In this document: in pieces, positions 50,497 through 57,918 of the stretch
Position numbering within the stretch: the first letter of the stretch is position 1
How the letters are laid out: every line of letters begins with the position of its first letter
Source of the DNA: a virus
DNA: 64,000 nt
Virus record (IMG/VR): IMGVR_UViG_3300043772_001004
Span: 38,736-102,735 of that record
Direction: 5' to 3' (one strand)
The notes under the pieces: generated by a model
Databases searched by the model: none
The model's input: only the letters and a program-made list of their open reading frames with translations
Told to the model about the DNA's origin: nothing
Made by a program: the position numbers and the translations under genes

Positions 50497-50850
50497 TTAT
50501 TTTCTTTTAGATTTTCTTTTAGATTTTATTACTCCTCCTTTTTTATTTTCCTGTAAAGATTTTAGTGTTGAAGGAACTTGACTTCTTGGTATTTTCTTTC
50601 TAGATACATTTGTAACTTTTCCAATACTTGTGTTATCTCCGGTTCCCTTTTTTATAACTACAGTAAAAGAAGGCTTACCTTTAGAATATCCTGTTGTATC
50701 AATTGAAGTTGTTTTAAATTCATATGGTTCAAATAAACCTCCAGATGTTGTTCTAGTCATTTCTGTTTTAAAAACTCCCATATTAGGTTTGTTTCCACTA
50801 ACAATAGTGGTTCCATTTTTCTTAACTTTACCTTTCTTTGGCTGTAGCAT
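50497..50850 (-). CDS. Basic protein with C-terminal KKGG motif
   Basis: NKKGGVIKSKRKSKRK. Confidence 0.6.
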   Translation of the reverse strand: MLQPKKGKVKKNGTTIVSGNKPNMGVFKTEMTRTTSGGLFEPYEFKTTSIDTTGYSKGKPSFTVVIKKGTGDNTSIGKVTNVSRKKIPRSQVPSTLKSLQENKKGGVIKSKRKSKRK

Positions 50851-50881
50851 AATAATTAGTTTATAGTATTAATATATAAAA

Positions 50882-51079
50882 TTATTTAATTATTCTGTGA
50901 AAAGTTATATTACTTTTTGCACGTATGTCCTTATGGGTATACTGCCAGAACTCACCTGTTTCATTTATTATCACAGTGTATATAGTATCTGTTTCATGCC
51001 CATAGTCAGTAACTAACCAAATAACCCCCGGGCCTTTTGGTGTAATAACTTCTACTCTGTTTGTAGGTTCATAGATCAT
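50882..51079 (-). CDS. Small hypothetical phage protein
   Basis: VITPKG..DYG..TGEFW; ATGA-type overlap with upstream gene. Confidence 0.65.
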   Translation of the reverse strand: MIYEPTNRVEVITPKGPGVIWLVTDYGHETDTIYTVIINETGEFWQYTHKDIRAKSNITFHRIIK

Positions 51080-51744
51080 GGCAGTTCCATTTTAATTTTT
51101 TCATCCCGCTCTACTAGTGTCTTATATAACTCTATATCTGTTGACCATTCTGCACCTGTCCAAAACTCAAACCCAGAATAGTTAGATTTATACAAACAAC
51201 ACTGCTCATACCCACCCAACAAATATACATATTCACAGCCTAATATTCTAGCTGTTTCACATTCATACATTTGAGCTACAGTACCCAGTGATAATTTAGG
51301 ATTAGCATAATCCCATATAAACTGGTATGCCACAAATTGATCATTGAATGTTTTGTACAAACTAATCCCTACCAAATCTCCATCCCAGTATTCTATAACA
51401 GAGCAATCTTCAAATGATGATAAACTAATATCCCGCTTAAACCCATGATAGTCACAATACTTCTCATAGAGCTCAGAATACTTTTCTCTTTCAGCAGCTA
51501 CATTGCCTGCTTGAACTATAACTCTCTTTGATAATTTCTTAGTAGTCTTTGATGGGGAGTACTCATTTAAATTAATCCGGGTACTTCTTTCATTGTACCA
51601 CTTACCCTCCCAGGGAATCCATCCTTGTTTAAGTGCATCTGTAGAAGATTCATTAGGATCTAGTATACCATAAGCACAATTGACTATAACTTCTAGATCA
51701 CTTACTTTGCCAAACCCATTAATGTGATCAAAGTAGACTTTCAC
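51076..51744 (-). CDS. ATE1/Bpt-like aminoacyl-tRNA--protein transferase
   Basis: ALKQGW, STRINLNEYSPSK, ELYEKY, IEYWDGDLVG, LSLGT..E..AR.LG..YVYL..YK match the ATE_N/ATE_C pattern of Bpt/ATE1. Confidence 0.75.
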   Translation of the reverse strand: MKVYFDHINGFGKVSDLEVIVNCAYGILDPNESSTDALKQGWIPWEGKWYNERSTRINLNEYSPSKTTKKLSKRVIVQAGNVAAEREKYSELYEKYCDYHGFKRDISLSSFEDCSVIEYWDGDLVGISLYKTFNDQFVAYQFIWDYANPKLSLGTVAQMYECETARILGCEYVYLLGGYEQCCLYKSNYSGFEFWTGAEWSTDIELYKTLVERDEKIKMELP

Positions 51745-52187
51745 TTTCTAGAGAAGAAGTTTTTCTTAGGTGTCTCTACCTTGGTAGTTTTAAGTTTCTC
51801 AATGATCTTGTTTGCTTCATCTTCAGCAAACTGAATAACCTCTTCTTCTTTATCCTTGATATTCCAGTTGTTTAGTAGAATACTCATGTGCATAGTTTCA
51901 TGCATAACAGCTGTGGCTTTCTCTGTAGTAGAATACTTCTTGAAAGTTCCTAAGTTCAAAAACAAGAAAGGTTTGTTGGGAGCTTTTGCTGTAAGTTTTG
52001 TATCAGCAGGATCATAGTTAGTAAGACCATACATGTAAACTCCATTGCCTTTGGTCTTATCTACTTCTTCAGCCTGAGCATCTGCTCTGTTTAAGCCATG
52101 CATCTCCGGGACCTTGTAATAGTCAAAGATCTCAGTAGCATCATTACCAATGAGTAGGATATACTTACCCATGTCAAACTTCTTCAT
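51741..52187 (-). CDS. HExxH zincin-like protein
   Basis: VMHETMH followed by a downstream EEE; overlaps transferase start by 4 nt. Confidence 0.55.
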   Translation of the reverse strand: MKKFDMGKYILLIGNDATEIFDYYKVPEMHGLNRADAQAEEVDKTKGNGVYMYGLTNYDPADTKLTAKAPNKPFLFLNLGTFKKYSTTEKATAVMHETMHMSILLNNWNIKDKEEEVIQFAEDEANKIIEKLKTTKVETPKKNFFSRK

Positions 52188-52202
52188 ATACTAATATACA
52201 AA

Positions 52203-52334
52203 TTATTTCTTAAACTCTGTATTACTATAAGCATCACACTTTTGGGAGGACTTGCACCCAGTCATAAGATACCCTATAGCAACTCCTATACATAAAGCAA
52301 ATATATATAGGCAAAATAGTTTATACTTTTCCAT
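52203..52334 (-). CDS. Small lipoprotein (43 aa, CDAY motif)
   Basis: Not in track. MEKYKLFCLYIFALCIGVAIGYLMTGCKSSQKCDAYSNTEFKK; TATATTTG 4 nt upstream of ATG. Confidence 0.6.
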   Translation of the reverse strand: MEKYKLFCLYIFALCIGVAIGYLMTGCKSSQKCDAYSNTEFKK

Positions 52335-52487
52335 GTAACAAATATAATAAAATAACAAAGGCCCGGGCTTTCAACTCCAGACCTTTGTGCTATTTATTAA
52401 CCCTTAAAAATAACATGACAAATATAAAACTAAATTTTAAAATTCCAAACCGGTAGGCAAAATATTTTATAGTAGAGATAGTGTGGA

Positions 52488-52537
52488 CCCCCCTATAGCA
52501 ACCCCCCCGCCCCACTGGCCAGCCCTGGTACCCCCCC
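52488..52537. other. C-rich tract (G-quadruplex-capable on minus strand) at the strand switch
   Basis: C6, C7, C4, C3 and C7 runs within 50 bp of an otherwise AT-rich genome. Confidence 0.6.
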
Positions 52538-52614
52538 ACAAAGCCAGCACACTACCATCACACAACAAAAAATAAAACATTTTCCTTGGGGGAAAATCTT
52601 CTATTTTTTCTAGA

Positions 52615-52640
52615 TACAACCCTTGACATAGTATAAATTT
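52615..52640 (+). promoter_or_regulatory. Putative early promoter, TACAACCC motif copy 1
   Basis: TACAACCC..TTGACA; other copies at 53038 and 53683. Confidence 0.45.
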
Positions 52641-52645
52641 ATACT

Positions 52646-52975
52646 ATGAAAACATACACACACTATGCAAAAATTACTATTGAAATGTTTGCAAGCACCA
52701 AGAATGAGAATAACATTCTTGTAAAAGATATAATTAGTGAGCATATAGTATGCAATAAGCACATTAATTATATCAAGAAACTTGGTCTAGAACTCAATAA
52801 ACCTTATATGGTTACTATTGCATTCTATACCAATGAAAGAGGATACAAAGAAGCAGATTTTATATATGGTAAAATCTACTCCTATGTACCCGAACAAACC
52901 AACCAATCTCAGACTCAGAAGCCAACAGCACAAGCCACAGCACCTTCTAAGCCTAAGCCTAGTTGGTTACGCTAA
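52646..52975 (+). CDS. Early hypothetical protein
   Basis: ORF track; first plus-strand gene. Confidence 0.65.
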   Translation: MKTYTHYAKITIEMFASTKNENNILVKDIISEHIVCNKHINYIKKLGLELNKPYMVTIAFYTNERGYKEADFIYGKIYSYVPEQTNQSQTQKPTAQATAPSKPKPSWLR

Positions 52976-52981
52976 CAGCTT

Positions 52982-53017
52982 AAGAGATAATGGGGCCCTT
53001 CCCATTATCTCTTTTTT
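52982..53017 (+). terminator. Intrinsic terminator
   Basis: AAGAGATAATGGG/CCCATTATCTCTT 13-bp stem plus T-run. Confidence 0.75.
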
Positions 53018-53037
53018 CCTTCACACACCTTTTTTTT

Positions 53038-53067
53038 TACAACCCTTAACTTGACAAAAATATATTT
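53038..53067 (+). promoter_or_regulatory. Putative early promoter, TACAACCC motif copy 2
   Basis: TACAACCC-N3-ACTTGACAAAAATAT, nearly identical to the copy at 53683. Confidence 0.5.
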
Positions 53068-53090
53068 ATTAATCCTTTAAAAATTGACTT

Positions 53091-53600
53091 ATGAGCAATG
53101 CAAAGAAAACAGAGACAACTGAACAAACAAATTTGGCAAAGAGTACTAAAATTGTTGCTGTGTATGCAGGACGTGGTACCAATAATCAACAAGGGCATAA
53201 AAACTTTGGGAAGAAATTCTTTAAATATGACCTTGAAGGACCGGCCTCTGATATAAAAGAATTTCTAGAACATCCATCTAATGTAGAGTATGGCGTGAAA
53301 TATAACAGAGATAACAAGCCACAGTATTGGTGCAACTGGAAAGATGCTTTTGGAACAATAGGTACTAGATACAAAGTAAACGTGTCTATATATGGGACTT
53401 ATGTATTAGACAAGGAAGAGTCCTATGATATAGAAGATACTTTGGAAGCATTAGAAAACCGTGGTCTAAGTACTGCGGCAAGAGTATATGCTGAACAAGT
53501 CCTAGGTAGTAGACTAGGATTAGGCTTGAATAAAGCAAGTGTAAGCAGACATACTGTAACAGCATCTGATGGAAGCGACGCTAGTTTAGACCAGGAATAG
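53091..53600 (+). CDS. Early hypothetical protein
   Basis: ORF track; acidic C-terminal tail. Confidence 0.7.
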   Translation: MSNAKKTETTEQTNLAKSTKIVAVYAGRGTNNQQGHKNFGKKFFKYDLEGPASDIKEFLEHPSNVEYGVKYNRDNKPQYWCNWKDAFGTIGTRYKVNVSIYGTYVLDKEESYDIEDTLEALENRGLSTAARVYAEQVLGSRLGLGLNKASVSRHTVTASDGSDASLDQE

Positions 53601-53682
53601 GTCTAGGCATACCCTAATGGAACATACAGTGGTACTAGAAATAGTGCTACTGTATAGTTCCTTTTGTTTTACCTTTATTTTG

Positions 53683-53712
53683 TACAACCCGCCACTTGGC
53701 AAAAATATGTTT
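53683..53712 (+). promoter_or_regulatory. Putative early promoter, TACAACCC motif copy 3
   Basis: TACAACCC-N3-ACTTGGCAAAAATAT. Confidence 0.45.
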
Positions 53713-54043
53713 TAGTTTCTTATCTTATATATTTATATTATATATTTTAGATACTACAAGATATCTACTAAAACACACCAATAAGCTAGTATTACTTAGG
53801 AGATACAGTATAATACTTAAATGATATGTGATATTTATTATTTATGTGTATACATATTGTAAATAAGTGTATGTTATTGTAAGTAACTGATTATTAACCC
53901 AATCACTCTACTTAACTATACTTATACTTAGTATTTATATATTATATTATTATATCTATAATAATATTTATATAGCTAACTTATTACTTAATCAGTATTG
54001 TCTAACCCTTATATATAAATCTTATCTTATGATTTTTAAAACT

Positions 54044-54160
54044 ATGATTCAGATGTTTCAAGGTAACTTACACCTTGTACAGTATGTTAAGTACTCTAAT
54101 GGTAAAGTAGTAAAAAGAGTGCTTGATAAACAAGGACTCCCGATTGCTATTTTCAGCTAA
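54044..54160 (+). CDS. Small hypothetical protein (38 aa)
   Basis: MIQMFQGNLHLVQYVKYSNGKVVKRVLDKQGLPIAIFS after an A-rich leader. Confidence 0.4.
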   Translation: MIQMFQGNLHLVQYVKYSNGKVVKRVLDKQGLPIAIFS

Positions 54161-54255
54161 CCATATTATTCTTAGTACTATGACAACAGCAATTATCTGG
54201 GGATTTGTATTCTTATTATCTTATATTAAATATTGGATAATAAAATAATCCCAAC

Positions 54256-54282
54256 TATCCTGAGTAGGATATAAAACTGCTC
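54256..54282 (+). ncRNA. Small H-type pseudoknot motif, copy 1
   Basis: TATCC-TGAGTA-GGATA-TAAAAC-TGCTC; second copy at 55552. Confidence 0.5.
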
Positions 54283-54289
54283 TTTATAT

Positions 54290-54404
54290 ACTCTCATCCA
54301 AGCAGGAATATTATTCATAGGATGTATGATTCTGTCACCACCTATACATTGTGGGGTAACTGAATAATATTTGTTACAAGGATTGCAACCTTGTGAGAGT
54401 ACCA
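54290..54404 (+). ncRNA. tRNA-like structured RNA 1 (acceptor stem, T-like arm, encoded CCA)
   Basis: ACTCTCA/TGAGAGT-A-CCA; CAAGG-ATTGCAA-CCTTG; internal 11-bp stem AATATTATTCA/TGAATAATATT. Confidence 0.5.
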
Positions 54405-54406
54405 AT

Positions 54407-54521
54407 AATCAGATAGAGAAGAAAGTTCTCACTCAGCAGTATAACTGACTAGTATACACTTATGTCTAGTCAACATAAGAAAAACTGAGAGGTCAGCAGG
54501 TGAAAGTCCTGCTTCTGATTA
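54407..54521 (+). ncRNA. tRNA-like structured RNA 2 (cloverleaf with expanded anticodon loop)
   Basis: AATCAGA/TCTGATT; GAGAA/TTCTC; CTCAG/CTGAG; AGGTC variable loop; AGCAGG-TGAAAGT-CCTGCT. Confidence 0.55.
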
Positions 54522-54547
54522 AGAATTATTCACTTAAAAATATAACT

Positions 54548-54721
54548 ATGTACGAATACTGTATAAATAGTGAAATATTATTCTCTACATATGACTTAAG
54601 AAGACATATTAGAATAATGAAAGCAAGAATGAACCACCATAAAAGTATTGGTGGTAAAGTAGGTTACTTTAAAAACCAAATCAAAATTGCAGAAAAAAAA
54701 CTTCTTAAGAAACTTTATTAA
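54548..54721 (+). CDS. Small basic hypothetical protein
   Basis: Start re-assigned to ATG 54548 because the track GTG lies inside the structured RNA. Confidence 0.5.
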   Translation: MYEYCINSEILFSTYDLRRHIRIMKARMNHHKSIGGKVGYFKNQIKIAEKKLLKKLY

Positions 54722-54742
54722 TCACTTATAAATAAACTTAAA

Positions 54743-55546
54743 ATGAAAATTCATTTAAACTCAAGACAAGGTCTCTTTGAAGTAGAGACATATGGTAGAG
54801 ATACAATTACATTATCTACCAAACATAATGTGTTTCAAGTACCAGTATCTGATTTTAAATCATTTGCTGGCGGTAATTGGAACTTTAATGTATCCAAAGA
54901 AAAAATGGATACATTCTTATCAGTTGTTCAACCTGATAAATATAAAATACAAGTTGAACAAGAGAATCAAATACTAACTCTAGCTGTTAGATTAGGTATG
55001 ATTCAAGATGCAGTTAAAGCACAACAATCAGTTGTTGTAGAAGAATCAGATGATTATCAAGATATACCATTTGAAACTGATGAACCAACCAAAGATGAAT
55101 ATGAAAAATGGTGGAGAGATAAATGTGATGAGCTTAATAGTACAAGAAATAAAATGAGAAGTATTGCACGTGAAGTGTATTCTCAGAATCTTGACTTCAG
55201 TAATTTTCAGAATACCAAGGGTATTAAGTTTATCATACAGCAGGATCATGTTGATGAAAACTCATACAGACTATGTTGGGATCCATATGGATTTGTATCC
55301 AATGGTCACTCAGATATTAGTAGTATTTATCGTGATAATATATGGGGTACAATCAATGGTGGTTGGATTAAAATTATTGGTGATGATGTCATCTTGTATT
55401 TTAAATCTGGTGACTATGGTGTGTATGATAATGCTATTGCTACTGAATGTGCAAAGAAAGTATTTCCAGGAAAGACTATACATTCATTTGCAGGTAGACA
55501 ATGGGATTCTGAATTAGATTCTATGTTTGAATCTTTACCATTTTAA
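54743..55546 (+). CDS. Protein with C-terminal Janus/Ocnus (PHPT1)-like domain
   Basis: GIKFII..GHSDI..NGGWI..VILYFKSGDYG..AIATE..KVFP parallels PHPT1 motifs. Confidence 0.55.
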   Translation: MKIHLNSRQGLFEVETYGRDTITLSTKHNVFQVPVSDFKSFAGGNWNFNVSKEKMDTFLSVVQPDKYKIQVEQENQILTLAVRLGMIQDAVKAQQSVVVEESDDYQDIPFETDEPTKDEYEKWWRDKCDELNSTRNKMRSIAREVYSQNLDFSNFQNTKGIKFIIQQDHVDENSYRLCWDPYGFVSNGHSDISSIYRDNIWGTINGGWIKIIGDDVILYFKSGDYGVYDNAIATECAKKVFPGKTIHSFAGRQWDSELDSMFESLPF

Positions 55547-55551
55547 CTCTA

Positions 55552-55578
55552 TGTCCTGAGTATGACAATAAAGTGCTC
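55552..55578 (+). ncRNA. Small H-type pseudoknot motif, copy 2
   Basis: TGTC-CTGAGTAT-GACA-ATAAAG-TGCTC with a compensatory change versus copy 1. Confidence 0.5.
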
Positions 55579-55630
55579 ATTTTTTCAACTTAAAAATCAA
55601 TTTATTATTAACTCTCAAAAACCAAAACAA

Positions 55631-56542
55631 ATGAGAAATTTATCTACTAAGGGTTTAAGCATGTCCCAAGCACAATCAATATCTAACTTGTGTAATCAAA
55701 ATGCTGTTGAGATTCAACGTGAGTTGGATTCTTACAACAACTGCAGTAAAACTATTACTGTTAATGGTGAAAGCTACTTATTACAAGAAGGAATATCTAT
55801 TCCTGATAATGTAATTGAGAAGCTTAAAATCAAGGGTGATTTACATGCTTGTCAAGCTTTCCTTATGGAAGCTATCAAGGGTAAAGAAGCTTACATGGAT
55901 GATTTAAGGAGAGCTACTCCTGATTTATCTAACTTAGTTAAACCTGAAAGGGTTTATGCTCCTGACTTTGATGAGTTACCAGGTGTAACAGAATCATGGG
56001 GTTGGACACAACTAAGTGATAGTGAGTATTCTGAGTACTTACAAGCTGAAGCAATGGCTTCTCACTTGGGTCAATTTATCCATAGAAATGGTAAGTTATC
56101 TGAGTTGAGAAAGCAACTACCTCATATTGCTAGTATTGAGTGGTTTGAAGTGGAAGAAGGTAAAAAGACTCCGGTCAAAGTTACCAAGCATCACATGTCA
56201 AGCCCATTAATGGTACTACATGAGGAGATTGCTGAACAACATAGAAAGTATGAGCAACGTGTTAATTACTTCAAAGCTAAGGTTAAGAACTTAACTAGTG
56301 ATGAGAATGCACGTATTCAGAAATTGAATGCAGATAAAGCTGCTGAATTCTTAATCATTGAGCAAAAACTCAATGAAGAGTATCAGTTAGCTATGGATGC
56401 ATATCATGGTGAAGTGCTTAGACTTACTATGGAGTTTAATAGTCAACGAGAGTTGGATATTAAAGCTGCTGCAGCATTGAGAATCAATGTTGATCCTAGA
56501 TTTCAAGATGTAATAAACTTGTTTGTTGCTCCTGAGAAATAG
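55631..56542 (+). CDS. Coiled-coil-rich hypothetical protein (~303 aa)
   Basis: Start re-assigned to ATG 55631 after an AAAACCAAAACAA leader; GLSMSQAQSISN, EAMASHLGQFIH motifs. Confidence 0.7.
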   Translation: MRNLSTKGLSMSQAQSISNLCNQNAVEIQRELDSYNNCSKTITVNGESYLLQEGISIPDNVIEKLKIKGDLHACQAFLMEAIKGKEAYMDDLRRATPDLSNLVKPERVYAPDFDELPGVTESWGWTQLSDSEYSEYLQAEAMASHLGQFIHRNGKLSELRKQLPHIASIEWFEVEEGKKTPVKVTKHHMSSPLMVLHEEIAEQHRKYEQRVNYFKAKVKNLTSDENARIQKLNADKAAEFLIIEQKLNEEYQLAMDAYHGEVLRLTMEFNSQRELDIKAAAALRINVDPRFQDVINLFVAPEK

Positions 56543-56548
56543 GAACTT

Positions 56549-56849
56549 ACATACTAGGTGAGCAAGAGATAGGCACAAGCTGATTCTCTTGCTCTTTATG
56601 TTAAGTGACAAGAATTTTTTTATTTGTGATTGATTATCACACAATAATTAATAAAATTAATACAACTAATTTTACCGCTTCTCTTCAAACTTTATAAAAA
56701 CTGAGATAGAACTCCCACATTAGACAGGTTATGCATAATATATGCAATTGGCTAACATTGAGACTTAGTATTTGTATTTGCCTTTGTGTGAAGAGAAGGT
56801 CTTTGAATTTGTTTTTGTATTTGATTTTAGCTATATATTCTTGTCACTT
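56549..56849 (+). ncRNA. Candidate ~300-nt structured ncRNA with GNNUUU repeats
   Basis: Perfect 13-bp (56603-15/56837-49) and 10-bp (56678-87/56789-98) nested long-range stems, plus 5' hairpin GAGCAAGAGA/TCTCTTGCTC. Confidence 0.55.
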
Positions 56850-56891
56850 GATGACTATTTACTTATCTGATTACAATTTAAAATTACACTT

Positions 56892-57230
56892 ATGAATAAA
56901 TCAATCCCCTTTGGTTACCACTATATAGGTAGCCACACAATCATTAAACTTAACATGAATCTCACACCTGCAGATGCAGATGAAATTAGAAATCTATTTG
57001 GTTTTTCTGTTTCACATGTAGGAAGATATGGCTCTATGCTATGTAGAATAGAAGCAGTAGTTCCTTGGAATGGTATGGGAAATGAAAACTTTAGAAACTG
57101 GTTTAATAAACTTGAGATTTATAAGATCAATGCTAAGATGGAAAAACTAGCAAACAAAAAAGTAGAAGCATTAGACAGAGCACTTAATGCTGAGAATTTA
57201 TTAATTAATTTGAATGATTTACCCTTTTAA
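56892..57230 (+). CDS. Hypothetical protein (C-terminal DLPF)
   Basis: ORF track. Confidence 0.6.
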   Translation: MNKSIPFGYHYIGSHTIIKLNMNLTPADADEIRNLFGFSVSHVGRYGSMLCRIEAVVPWNGMGNENFRNWFNKLEIYKINAKMEKLANKKVEALDRALNAENLLINLNDLPF

Positions 57231-57240
57231 TAAAATAATT

Positions 57241-57378
57241 ATGAAAACAATTGGAATAGTACTAGCATGGTTTGTATTTATTGGAGTTCTAGCATCTTTT
57301 GTTAGCTGCAGTAGTACAGTACACTGTGATGCTTATGGTCAAACAGAACAAGTACAAAATAAAACTGTAAGCAAATGA
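57241..57378 (+). CDS. Small lipoprotein (45 aa, CDAY motif)
   Basis: Not in track. MKTIGIVLAWFVFIGVLASFVSCSSTVHCDAYGQTEQVQNKTVSK; ATGA overlap with next gene. Confidence 0.65.
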   Translation: MKTIGIVLAWFVFIGVLASFVSCSSTVHCDAYGQTEQVQNKTVSK

Positions 57379-57620
57379 TTTATAGAAAGTTAACAAAACT
57401 AAAAAAGCAAAAGAGGGATATAGAGTCCCTCATTAATGCTGCATATCAGTCTAAGGCTGACCCTGAAGTGGTTATACTTAGAGTAGGTGACTTACAATGG
57501 GACCTTAGTATAGTAGAAAAAGAAATAGAGGAAGAAAAAATGATGCTTCCTTTTAAATTAACTCTTGCTGCATTTGTAGTAGGTAGTATAGGTTTATTAA
57601 TTTATGGATTAACACTTTAA
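57375..57620 (+). CDS. Coiled-coil protein with C-terminal TM helix
   Basis: ORF track. Confidence 0.6.
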   Translation: MIYRKLTKLKKQKRDIESLINAAYQSKADPEVVILRVGDLQWDLSIVEKEIEEEKMMLPFKLTLAAFVVGSIGLLIYGLTL

Positions 57621-57622
57621 TT

Positions 57623-57817
57623 ATGGCGAATTTAATTTTTGTATGGTATCTTCTTACAGGAACTGTACAGTATCAACAGACAATGGATGGACACAAGCAA
57701 TATGCTTTGTTCTTTGAAGATGGAAAGGTTATAGACTATGCATATAAGGGTGAAATCTTAGAATACATAGAGACCGGAACATTTGAGTATAATGAAGATT
57801 TAGAACTTAGTAAATAA
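57623..57817 (+). CDS. Small hypothetical protein
   Basis: ORF track. Confidence 0.6.
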   Translation: MANLIFVWYLLTGTVQYQQTMDGHKQYALFFEDGKVIDYAYKGEILEYIETGTFEYNEDLELSK

Positions 57818-57824
57818 TCTTTTT

Positions 57825-57898
57825 GGTCCTGTAGCTCAGCTGGATAGAGCAATTGCCTTCTAAGCAATAGGTCCTTGGTTCGAATCCAAGCAGGATCA
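57825..57898 (+). tRNA. tRNA-Arg (anticodon TCT), CCA not encoded
   Basis: GGTCCTG/CAGGATC acceptor; GCTC/GAGC D-stem; ATTGC-CTTCTAA-GCAAT; CTTGG-TTCGAAT-CCAAG. Confidence 0.95.
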
Positions 57899-57918
57899 CT
57901 AACTTTTAAATATATTAT

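Noticed and set aside
606-52187. Stop-codon reassignment (TAG or TGA recoding), known in some crAss-like phages
   Set aside because: TerL, portal, MCP and the giant proteins are intact in the standard code. TAG and TGA end genes at sensible overlapping junctions, and no suppressor tRNA is seen
54446-54479. H-type pseudoknot inside the loop of tRNA-like RNA 2
   Set aside because: No linker between the 3' strands of the two stems, so both cannot form together; treated as alternative hairpins
55562-55630. Track start codon for the 326-aa ORF
   Set aside because: The ATG lies inside the pseudoknot motif; ATG 55631 has the typical A-rich leader
56761-56870. Hidden xFxFxF peptide encoded by the GNNTTT repeats
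   Set aside because: The two tracts are in different frames, one is closed by TGA and no start codon is evident; an RNA-level explanation fits better
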